NCBI RefSeq assembly: GCF_963921235.1
Contig: NC_086097.1
Span: forward strand, 213,778,001-213,842,000
DNA from: Mobula hypostoma
Lineage: Eukaryota
Reading direction: 5' to 3'
DNA: 64,000 bases
A model generated the notes under the pieces. The model was not told the origin of the DNA. It saw only the letters and a list, made by a program, of their open reading frames with translations, and did no database searches. Both the position numbers and the translations under genes were made by a program. Shown piece after piece: positions 13,011-23,223 of this stretch (within the stretch, counting starts at the first letter, position 1; each line of letters opens with the position of its first letter).

Positions 13011-14295
13011 CATTGAGTATTTCTAAGGTTTGTAGTATGTTATTAATTAACTGTCCTTGACAACCACTCTGAACTGGCTGACTCCTGTAACTCAGTCAAT
13101 TGATCTGTGATGCTTATATTGAAGTGTCAGTACAATCACATAGAGGCTTCCACTCTGATGAGTACTCAAAGCAATGTTTGTTTTATATATTCTTGAGAGA
13201 CTCAGAATGAAAGTGCTTATTCCAGTTTTACAGTTATTCTGTGGGTACTGATGTATGTGAATTTTCCTATCTCCACTGCCCCCACACCCTTCCTAGACAA
13301 TCAACACCCACTCAGCCCACTCTGGTTCTTCTCTCCTCCGCTCTTTACTTCTGAGTCACCTAGTCTGACCTTTGAACCAGCAAAGGGTGAATTGCTAATG
13401 GAGATGTGACATGCATCTAAACCTTACTCAGCTTATGTAGATGAGGGCCATGGCCAATCTGGTTCACCTGTCTGCACATCTGATCTTGGCTTGATACCAT
13501 CATTGCTTTTACACTGGAAATGAACAGCGAGAAGCATGACTTGGTATATCCTTTTGCACGTTTATGAAAATTACTTCCTTAGGAGAAGACTTCTAACATT
13601 ATTCCCTATGCTGTAAAGTTCATACATAGAATGTGTGCTGCTAGCAAGACTAGTAGTTACCGTAGATACTCAAATGCCTTTGAGAAGGTAAGTGAATTTC
13701 TTGGCCCACTTCCTGTAGTGAAGGAAATTCCATGCAATGGTGTTGTCATGGGCCAGCTGCCTTTGTCGTTCTAGGTAGGATGCACTGCTGCAGAAAACTT
13801 GGCAAGATCTGCAGTGCTTCTTAGAGGTAGAACACAATATTGTCTTCACTATGATGGCGCACCCCCTGTGGTACTTTAAAATCTTCCTTGCGCAGGTCTC
13901 CACCTCTGACCGTGGTGAACAATACTTGGACCTTGCATATGGCTAAAGTCTGACGGCAATAGGACGTCTGGCATGGGAGCAGGTACGAATGGATTGGGAG
14001 CCCCTAGTCAGAACCCTGCACGGCAGTGGCGCAGGGTATTTGGTCGCTAGCAGCTGGGACTGAGTGGCAGCTGTTTTCGGCTGACCCCTGTGTAACTGAG
14101 CAGCCCTATTTAGGGACCGCACTGCTCACCCCAATTGGGGAAGGGCCTAGAAAAAGTGGCCAAAAAGTTGCCCATTCAATCATTCACCTGGATAAGTTAC
14201 TGCGCTACTGCGGTGAAAATAAGAAACAATACAACCTAAAACTGGCAACGTGGAATGTATGGACTCTCCTGGACTCGTATAGCATCTCTGACAGA

Positions 14296-15147
14296 TGTGA
14301 CGAGAATACACATAAAATTAAGATGTTTGCTGGCCTGGGCTAGCATCAGTGGCATCAGCAATTGGTCTGCCACCTGCCCTCAGGGGAAGGAGAGATAAGG
14401 AACAATGGAGCAGCGTCTGGAGATGTGTAATGAAGGGACGGGAGAGAGAGCTGTCTGGAGCGGCTCCCCCCTTTGAACCCTGAACTGTTTGAAGTGATGG
14501 ACAGGCGATACCCCAGCAGGGGGATAAAAAGGGACAGGTTCGCTAAGACAGGACACACGCCACCTGAGGTAACGAGACCCTGGAAGCGGTGCGCCTCTCA
14601 CGAGTGGGTGAGAAGTGCCAGACAACGACAAGGGTGGAAAGGTACGATCAGCGGGAACCCGGTGTGTGTCCGCCCTTGCCTGGGTGCCGGGTTCACTGCA
14701 GAGGATCGACCGCATCTGGAGGAGGGGTCACAGTCGGTGACCTCAGGTGACATCACCAAGGACCCGCCCAAAAGCTGTTTGTGAGCCATCTCGCTGGTCT
14801 GTGAGTGAAGCAGTGTTCTGAATGATCAGTTGTTCCTATTCTATCTCTCTCTTCCCCCACGTTGTCCATCGCCATGGCAACGATTACTGCGAACTGAACT
14901 GGACTGAACTTTGAGTCATTTTGAAATTTGGTCATTTACCCCTAGATAACGATAGAGCTTGATTGATGCTGTTATCTTAATTCTGTGCACATGTGTGGTT
15001 ATCATTGTTGAACTGTTGCATTTATTATCCTTTCGATTACTGTGTTGCTCGTTTCTTTAATAAAACTTTCTTAGTTCTAGTACTCCAGACTCCAACTGAG
15101 TGATCCATTTCTGCTGGTTTGGCAACCCAGTTACGGGGTACGTAACA
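14296..15147 (+). mobile_element. Solo LTR (852 bp), Gypsy- or ERV-type, nested in the RTE
   Basis: Termini TGTGACG...CGTAACA; 4-bp TSD caga (14292-14295, 15148-15151); AATAAA at 15059; removal restores the RTE frame SISDRPHRRTALIAAEL. Confidence 0.9.
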
Positions 15148-16653
15148 CAGACCTCACAGGAGAACAGCCTTGATCGCTGCTGAGCTGAGGTGCTGCAACA
15201 TCGACATTGCTGCCCTGAGTGAGACCAGGCTCCTGGATGAAGGCTCTTTAACAGAGGATGGGTTACAACTTCTTCTGGAAAGGTTTCCCCCCAGGTGGAC
15301 AACATCTCCATGGAGTAGGCTTGACCATCAAGAACACCTTTCTACCAAGTCTCACAGAAACACCTGTTGGCATTAGTGAAAGACTAATGACCCTCCATAT
15401 CCCCCGGCAAAGAAATGTTATGCCAAGCTTCTCAGTGCCAACTTTGCCATCTGAGAATGAGACCAAGGAAGGCTTTTATCAGACATTGGATGAAGCTCTT
15501 TGCCGGATCCCTAAGGATAATAAGATCCTTTTGCTTGGGGACTTCAGCGCTAGGGTGGGACAGAACAACAGGATATGGAGTGGAGTTCTAGGTAGGCATG
15601 GTATTGGCAAGGTGAATGCGAATGGCATGAGGCTACTTACTCTTTTCTCTGAGCATAACCTTACCATAACCAACCCCATCTTCCAGCAGAAGGCAAAATA
15701 TAAGACCTCGTGGATGCACCCTCACTCTAAACATTGGCACATGATCAACTTCATCATTGTGAGACATAGTGACATCAAGGATGTTCTTATCACCCGTGCC
15801 ATGAGAGGTGCAGAGTGCTGGACTGACCACCGTATGATTGTGGCCAAGCTCCAGATGAAAGTGCGTCCCCCCCTTACGGGTGCAAACACCCAATAAAAAG
15901 TGGCTAAATTGCAACTGCCTGAGAAACACGGAAGCAAGAAGTGAGCTTTGACGCATCCTAGCTGAGAAACTAAGGGAGCTAGAACCTTGCCTGAGCTCAG
16001 AAAATACCATGGAACAACAGTGGACCTATATCAGCTCTGCGCTCTTTGAGGCAGCAGCCCAATCCATCGGCCATAACAGCAGGAACCACCAAGACTGGTT
16101 TGACGATAACTCAGACACCATCCACAACTTGCTTAAGGACATGCACAAAGCACACCAGGCAACTTTAGACAACCCGTCATCCACCAGCATCAGACAGCAT
16201 TGGCAGGCAGCTCGGAGGAAAGTGAAAAAGGCAATATGAGCCATACAAAATGAGTGGTGGACTGAAAAGGCACATGAAATCCAGTCCTTTGCTAATAATA
16301 ATGACATGCATAATTTTTACAATGCTGTCAAAACCACCTACGGCCCAATAAATTGATGTGTTACTCCCCTGAAAACAGCAGATGGTCTAACAGTTTTGAA
16401 GAATTAGAATATCATTCTGCTGAGATGGGCTGAGCATTTTAACACCCTGCTTAATCAGGACTCTGACGCAGACCCCACCATCCTGGAGGAACTGCCTGAA
16501 CGTCCTCCTATCCACGACCTCAGTCTACCACCAAACTTTCAGGAAGTTCTATCAGCTAACAACAGGAATTCTGCAGATGCTAGAAATTCAAGCAACATAC
16601 ATCAAAGTTGCTGGTGAACGCAGCAGGCCAAGCAGCATCTGTAGGAAGAGGTG

Positions 16654-16690
16654 CAGTCGACGTTTCAGGCCGAGACCCTTCGTCAGGACT
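16654..16690 (-). ncRNA. Minimal type I hammerhead ribozyme motif in the PLE terminal repeat
   Basis: Minus strand reads AGTC-CTGACGA-AGGgtctcggCCT-GAAAC-GTC-GACTG: intact core boxes, stem I AGUC/GACU, stem II AGG/CCU, palindromic ACGU stem III with no loop, GUC cleavage triplet. Confidence 0.8.
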
Positions 16691-16984
16691 AACTGAAGGA
16701 AGAGTGAGTAAGGGATTTGAAAGTTGGAGGGGGAGGGGGAGATGCAAAATGATAGGAGAAGACAGGAGGGGGAGGGATAGAGCCGAGAGCTGGACAGGTG
16801 ATAGGCAAAAGGGGATACGAGAGGATCATGGGACAGGAGGTCTGGGAAGAAAGACAGGGGGGGGGTGACCCAGAGGATGGGCAAGAGGTATTTTCAGAGG
16901 GACAGAGGGAGAAAAAGGAGAGTGAGAGAAAGAATGTGTGCATAAAAATGAGTAACAGATGGGGTACGAGGGGAAGGTGGGGCC

Positions 16985-18337
16985 TTAGTGGAAGTTAGAG
17001 AAGTCGATGTTCATGCCATCAGGTTGGAGGCTACCCAGACGGAATATAAGGTGTTGTTCCTCCAACCTGAGTGTGGCTTCATCTTTACAGTAGAGGAGGC
17101 CGTGGATAGACATGTCGGAATGGGATGTGGAATTAAAATGTGTGGCCACTGGGAGATCCTGCTTTCTCTGGCGGACAGAGCCTAGATGTTCAGCAAAGCG
17201 GTCTCCCAGTCTGCGTCGGGTCTCGCCAATATATAAAAGGCCACATCGGGAGCACCGGACGCAGTATATCACCCCAGTCGACTCACAGGTGAAGTGATGC
17301 CTCACCTGGAAGGACTGTTTGGGGCCCTGAATGGTGGTAAGGGAGGAAGTGTAAGGGCATGTGTAGCACTTGTTCCGCTTACACGGATAAGTGCCAGGAG
17401 GGAGATCAGTGGGGAGGGATGGGGGGTCGAATGGACAAGGGAGTTGTGTAGGGAGCGATCCCTGCGGAATGCAGAGGGGGCAAGAGGGAAAGATGTGCTT
17501 AGTGGTGGGATCCCGTTGGAGGTGGTGGAAGTTACGGAGAATAATATGTTGGACCCGGAGGCTGGTGGGGTGGTAGGTGAGGACCAGGGGAACCCTATTC
17601 CTAGTGGGGTGGCGGGAGGATGGAGTGAGAGCAGATATACGTGAAATGGGGGAGATGCGTTTAAGAGCAGAGTTGATAGTGGAGGAAGGGAAGCCCCTTT
17701 CTTTAAAAAAGGAAGACATCTCCCTCGTCCTAGAATGAAAAGCCTCATCCTGAGAGCAGATGTGGCGGAGACGGAGGAATTGCGAGAAGGGGATGGCGTT
17801 TTTGCAAGAGACAGGGTGAGAAGAGGAATAGTCCAGATAGCTGTGAGAGTCAGTAGGCTTATAGTAGACATCAGTGGATAAGCTGTCTCCAGAGACAGAG
17901 ACAGAAAGATCTAGAAAAGGGAGGGAGGTGTCGGAAATGGACCAGGTAAACTTGAGGGCAGGGTGAAAGTTGGAGGCAAAGTTAATAAAGTCAACGAGTT
18001 CTGCATGCGTGCAGGAAGCAGCGCCAATGCAGTAGTCGATCCAGCGAAGGAAAAGTGGGGGACAGATACCAGAATAGGCACGGAACATAGATTGTTCCAC
18101 AAACCCAACAAAAAGGCAGGCATAGCTAGGACCCATACGGGTGCCCATAGCTACACCTTTAGTTTGGAGGAAGTGGGAGGAGCCAAAGGAGAAATTATTA
18201 AGAGTAAGGACTAATTCCGCTAGACGGAGCAGAGTGGTGGTAGAGGGGAACTGATTAGGTCTGGAATCCAAAAAGAAGCGTAGAGCTTTGAGACCTTCCT
18301 GATGGGGGATGGAAGTATATAAGGACTGGATATCCAT
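16985..18337 (-). pseudogene. PLE reverse transcriptase and GIY-YIG endonuclease, 450 open codons with a mutated catalytic motif
   Basis: DIQSLYTSIP, GVAMGTRMGPSYA, FLDL; Cys-rich linker CKRNKCYTC; GVIYCVRCSRCGLLYIGET...RFAEH. The expected YIDD motif reads WIDY. Confidence 0.93.
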
Positions 18338-19770
18338 GGTGAAAATAAAGCGGTGGGGGCCAGGGAACTTAAAATCATCGAAAAGTTTAAGAGCGTGAGA
18401 AGTGTCACGAACATTGGTCGGAAGGGATTGAACAAGGGGTAATAAAACAGTGTCGAGGTATGCAGAAATGAGTTCAGTGGGGCAGGAGCAAGCTGAGACA
18501 ATAGGTCGGCCAGGACAGGCAGGTTTGTGGATCTTGGGTAGGAGGTAGAAACGGGAAGTGCAGGGTGTGGGAACTATAAGGTTGGTAGCAGTGGATGGGA
18601 GATCCCCTGAGCGGATAAAGTCGGTGATGGTGTGGGAGACAATGGCCTGGTGCTCCTTAGTGGGGTCACGATCGAGGGGTAAATAAGAGGAGGTATCCGC
18701 GAGTTGTCGCTGTGCCTCGGCAAGGTAGAGGACAGTACGCCAGACTACAACAGCACCCCCCTTATCGGCGGGTTTAATAATAAGGTTAGGATTAGTGCGG
18801 AGGGAGTGGAGAGCAGAGCGTTCCGAAGGAGTGAGGTTGGAATGGGGACAAGGTGCGGTGAAGTCAAGACGGTTGATGTCCCGTCGGCAGTTAGCAATAA
18901 AGAGATCCAGAGCAGGCAGAAGACCAGAGCGGGGTGTCCATGAAGAAGAGGAGGGTTGAGGACGGGAGAAGGGGTCATCGGTGGGGGTAGTGGGAGAGTC
19001 CTTGCCGAAGAAGTAGGCTCGGAGATGGAGACAGCGGAAGAAAAGTTCCGCATCATGGTGAACACAGAACTCGCTGAGGTGTGGGCGAAGGGGGACAAAT
19101 GTGAGGCCCTTACTGAGAACAGAGCGTTCTGCCTCCGACAGTTGAAGGTCGGAGGGGATGGTAAAGACCCGGCACGGATGAGAGCTAGGATCAGATGGGG
19201 AGGGGGGAGGGGGGGAGGCTGGTGTATGACAGTTCTATCAGCTGTCCATTCCCTTAAGAACAACAAGTCCCCTGGCACTGACAATATCCCTGCTGAGTTA
19301 CTGAAGAACGGAGGGTACATGTGTATGCACACCCTCTACCAGTACATCAGCAAGGCCTGGACTGATGAGAACATCTCACAGCAATGGAGAAATGCAAACA
19401 TCATTGTCATTTATAAGAACATGGGTGACAAGGCCATCTGCGGCAATAGTAGGGGCATATCATTCCTTTCTGTTGCTGGAAAGGTCCTGGCTAAGGTGAT
19501 GCTTCAGAGACTCATCAGCAACATCACCGAGTCAATGCAGCCTGAATCGCAGTGTGGATTTAGGAAGAACAGGAGCATGATCGACATGATCTTCACAGCC
19601 CAGCAGCTTCAGGAAAAGTGCCGGAAACAACATCACGACTTGTTTATGGCCTTTGTCGACTTCTCCAAAGCATTCGACACTGTGCAAAGAGAGTTCTTAT
19701 GGGATGTCCTCCTTAGGTTTGGCTGTCCCAATAAATTTGTTAACATCCTCCACCAGCTTCAGGTTGGGAT

Positions 19771-19977
19771 AACAACATACATCAAAGTTGCTGGTGAACG
19801 CAGCAGGCCAGGCAGCATCTATAGGAAGAGGCGCAGTCGACGTTTCAGGCCGAGAAGGGTCTCGGCCTGAAACGTCGACTGCGCCTCTTCCTATAGATGC
19901 TGCCTGGCCTGCTGCGTTCACCAGCAACTTTGATGTATGTTGCTCGAATTTCCAGCATCTGCAGAATTCCTGTTGTT
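19771..19977 (+). mobile_element. Fold-back insertion made only of the PLE terminal repeat (perfect 83-bp hairpin plus 35-nt tail)
   Basis: Arms 19773-19855 and 19860-19942, loop aggg. TSD (tt)caggttgggat at 19758-19770 and 19976-19988. Confidence 0.95.
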
Positions 19978-20726
19978 CAGGTTGGGATGACTGCTTGGGT
20001 GACCATGGAGTCCCAGAGTCCGAGCCCTTCCTTGTACGCACAGAGGTGAGGCAGGGCTGTGTACTAGCGCCAGTGCTCTTTAACATCTTCCTCTCGTGTG
20101 TTACCAAGCTTCTCCACAACGAGACTGAAGACAGCAGCGGTGTGGTAGTGGACGTCAGATTAGATGGCAACCTCTTTGACATCAGGAGGTTCCACACAAC
20201 CACCAAACTCTGTAGCGAGCGGGTCCTGGAGCTGCAGTATGCAGACGACTGTGCTCTTGTGGCCCATACTCCGGAGGATCTTCAGACTGTCCTTGCTGTG
20301 GTGGTGAGAGCGTACAGCAGGATGGGGCTGACTTTCAATACCACCAAGACAGAAGCGGTTTGCCAATGGAGTACCAGTGTCCCACCCACTCTACCTGCCT
20401 TCACTGTTGGTGATGAAAAGCTGTCAGTAGTGCCATCTTTCAAATATCTGGGGAGCATTCCCTCTGAGGATAGTGGCATTGACAACAACATCCAGAGCCG
20501 CATTAAACAGGCATCAGCTGCCTTTCGGAGACTTTGGCGTAGAGTCTTTCAGAACAGGAGCCTTCGTCCCTCCACAAAAGTCGCCGTATACCAAGCAGTC
20601 TGTGCCACCACCCTCCTTTATAGCTGTGAAGCTTGGGTAACCTACAGCCCTCACATCAAGTCCTTGGAGAGCTTCCACATAAGCTGCCTCCAGCGCATCC
20701 TGGAAATTACCTGGCGTGAGCGGGTG

Positions 20727-20830
20727 GGGGGGAGGGAATGTCAACTCAGACCATGAGAGGCCTGCGTCGGGCATTTTCATGCCTTACAAGGCGTAAATTG
20801 GAAGTCTGTGTGGGGCGCCACTCCTCGCAC
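20727..20830 (-). mobile_element. 5'-truncated SINE of the same family as 23395-23629, nested in the RTE
   Basis: 8-bp TSD agcgggtg (20719-20726, 20831-20838); close match to the 3' half of the 23395 copy. Confidence 0.88.
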
Positions 20831-21384
20831 AGCGGGTGCCTCACTGAAGAAGTATTGAGGCCAAAATCACCCAGTGTCAGCTGCAGTGGCTGGGGCACGT
20901 GATAAGGATGCCCCCATGTAGGCTACCCCGCAGAGTGTTATACACCATGGTCGACACTCAGCTGGAGGACCAAAGAAACGCTATAAGGATCAGATGAAGA
21001 ATGCTTTAAGAAAGTGCAAGATCAGACCCGAGGACCTGAGGGTCGTTGCTGCTGACTGTACCACTTGGTGACAACTGTGTAGGGACGGGGTTCGTATTCT
21101 GGAGATGGAAGATCAACCAGAAGAAAGCCAGGAGAAATGCAGCCATGGTTGCCACCACTACCACCAATACCACATCTACATGTCCCACCTGCAATCGAGC
21201 TTGTGGGTCCAGGATAGGACTGTATAGTCATCAAAGATCTCACCGTTAAAGGAGTGGACATCGTCATCGGATCTCAATGAACAACCGAAGACGACACAAT
21301 ATAGACACCGTGGGCCAGGAGACAGTGTGACTGTTCAAGGTGTGGACAGTGTGTCAATCAAACACATTACTTTTTCCTCAATGG

Positions 21385-21660
21385 TCAAAGTTCAAAGAAA
21401 ATTTATTATCAAAGGACATATATACTACCTTGAGATTCATTTTCTTGCAGTCATTTACAGGAAAATAAAGAAACATAATCGAATTGATGGAACACTAAAC
21501 ATAACAAAGACAGACAAACTTCCAATGTGCAAAAGGGAATAAATTGTGGAAAAATAAGTAAATAATATTAAGAACATGAGTTGTGGACTCTGTGAAAGTG
21601 ATTGAATAGGTTGTGGAGTCAGTTGAGCATTGAGGTGAGTGAAGTTATCCACCGAGGCAA
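21385..21660 (-). mobile_element. Rex1/L2-like LINE 3'-end fragment
   Basis: Collinear with the 3' UTR at 62180-62480 (gttcaaag..aatttatta.caaag, gtgagtgaagtt). Confidence 0.6.
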
Positions 21661-22007
21661 GGACTGTCAGAGCTGCACAGCCAGGCATATGGAAATTATT
21701 TCATCGGAAATTAGGAAGTGAACACTGACTGTAGCCCAAGACCTATTCTTACTTATGTTATTTGAATGGAAGAACCAGGTATGTGGATTTTGGAGTAATA
21801 TGCAATGGTAATGCAAAGAGGGGGGCATGCAGCATCTCAGTCATTTTGGAGATGTTCACTACCTGCCACTGACAGTCGAGCCCTGAACCTTGAACAGATC
21901 TTAGCTCATTGCAGGGATGACCAGTTTCTAGTGCCTGAGGATTTGCTAATGGGACTCTGCACCCCAAAGCAGCTGAGCACTGATCTTATGATGGATCATT
22001 GATGTGG

Positions 22008-22808
22008 CAATAGACAATAGGTGCAGCAGTAGGCCATTCGGCCCTTCGAGCCAGCACCGCCATTCACTGTGATCATGGCTGATCATCCACAATCAGTATC
22101 CAGTTCCTGCCTTATCCCCATAACCTTTGATTCCACTATCTTTAAGAGCTCTATCCATCTCTTTCTTGAAAGCATCCAGAGACTTGGCTTCCACAGCCTT
22201 CTGGGGCAGAGCATTCCATATATCCACCACTCTCTGGGTGAAAAAGTTTTTCCTCAACTCCGTTCTAAATGGCCTACCCCTTATTCTTAAACTGTGGCCT
22301 CTGGTTCTGGACTAATCCATCAGCGGGAACATGCTTCCTGCCTGCAGCGTGTCCAATCCCTTAATAATCTTATATGTTTCAATAAGATCCCCTCTCAGCC
22401 TTCTAAATTCCAGAGTATACAAGCCCAGTCGCTCCAATCTTTTGACATATGACAGTCCCGCCATCCCAGGAATTAACCCTGTGAACCTATGCTGCACTCC
22501 CTCAATAGCAAGAATGTCCTTCCTCAAATTTGGAGACCAAAACTGCACACAGTACTCCAGGTGTGGTCTCACCAGGGCCCTGTACAGCTGCAGAAGGACC
22601 TCTTTGCCCTTATACTCAATCCCCCTTTTTATGAAGGCCAGCATGCCATTAGCTTTCTTCACTGCCTGCTGTACTCTATGCTTGCTTTCAGTGACTGATG
22701 CACAAGAACACCTAGATCTCAATGTGCTTCCCCTTTTCCTAACTTGACTCCATTTAGATAATAATCTGCCTTCCTGTTCTTACCACCAAAGTGGATAACC
22801 TCACATTT
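22008..22808 (-). mobile_element. CR1 LINE 3' fragment
   Basis: ORF 22312-22722 VQQAVKKANGMLAFI...LYRALVRPHLEYCVQFWSP; (ctattgt)n tail. Confidence 0.93.
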
Positions 22809-22814
22809 GGGTTT

Positions 22815-23221
22815 TTAGTGCTGGAAATAGTTACATCCTGACACGCAGGACAGAAGCATGGTCGCACTGTTCATTCCAGGGACCAGCTGCTTGCACTAAT
22901 GCTGGCCTATTTAACGAGCAGAGCGGCGGACACCCCTGCTGAAACCTGGAGGAAAACACAGAGGATGCAGAGGGGGATCACAAAGGCGAGGAAAGAGGAC
23001 CGGGTCGAGACAACAGAGACTTATGGAGAAGAGGAGTTCAGTGGGTAATAAAATGGATGAGTTCACGGCGCTAGCCAGGCATCAGAGAACATTTCAGGAG
23101 TGCAGTGTTATGTGTTTCACTGGAACGGGGCTGCACAAGGACATACCCGATCAAAACTTCTCCATGGACGGCTTCCAGACCGTTCCGGCTGACCGGAAGT
23201 GCACTGAGAGCGGTAAGCGGT
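22815..23221 (+). mobile_element. 5' fragment (start of endonuclease) of a Rex1/Babar-type LINE
   Basis: GNKMDEFTALARHQRTFQECSVMCFTGTGL...PADR...SGK matches the start of a Rex1-type APE domain (CFTETWL...RADR...SGK). Confidence 0.75.
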
Positions 23222-23223
23222 AA

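Larger units (their letters stand above)
16558..19230 (-). mobile_element. Penelope-like retroelement (RT plus GIY-YIG, Neptune-like), 5'-truncated, nested in the RTE
   Basis: 13-bp TSD agttctatcagct (16545-16557, 19231-19243); PLE motif IIKPADKG near 18760; RT and GIY-YIG ORF; terminal repeat at 16558-16690. Confidence 0.95.
13841..21293 (+). mobile_element. Apparently full-length RTE-clade LINE (about 3.6 kb net), inactivated, with four nested insertions
   Basis: APE endonuclease (LATWNVWTLL..., IDIAALSETR, LLGDFSARVG, WTDHRMIV); RT (KSPGTDNIP, QCGFRKNRS, VDFSKAFD, VRQGCVLAP, LQYADD, FKYLGS); C-terminal CPTCNRACGSRIGLYSHQRSH zinc finger; gaagacga tail. Candidate TSD acacaatat at 13832-13840 and 21294-21302. 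Confidence 0.92.

Noticed and set aside
18956..20756. 304-aa and 322-aa ORFs that look like novel fusion proteins
   Set aside because: They are chimeric read-through of antisense PLE or the hairpin insert into RTE RT fragments.
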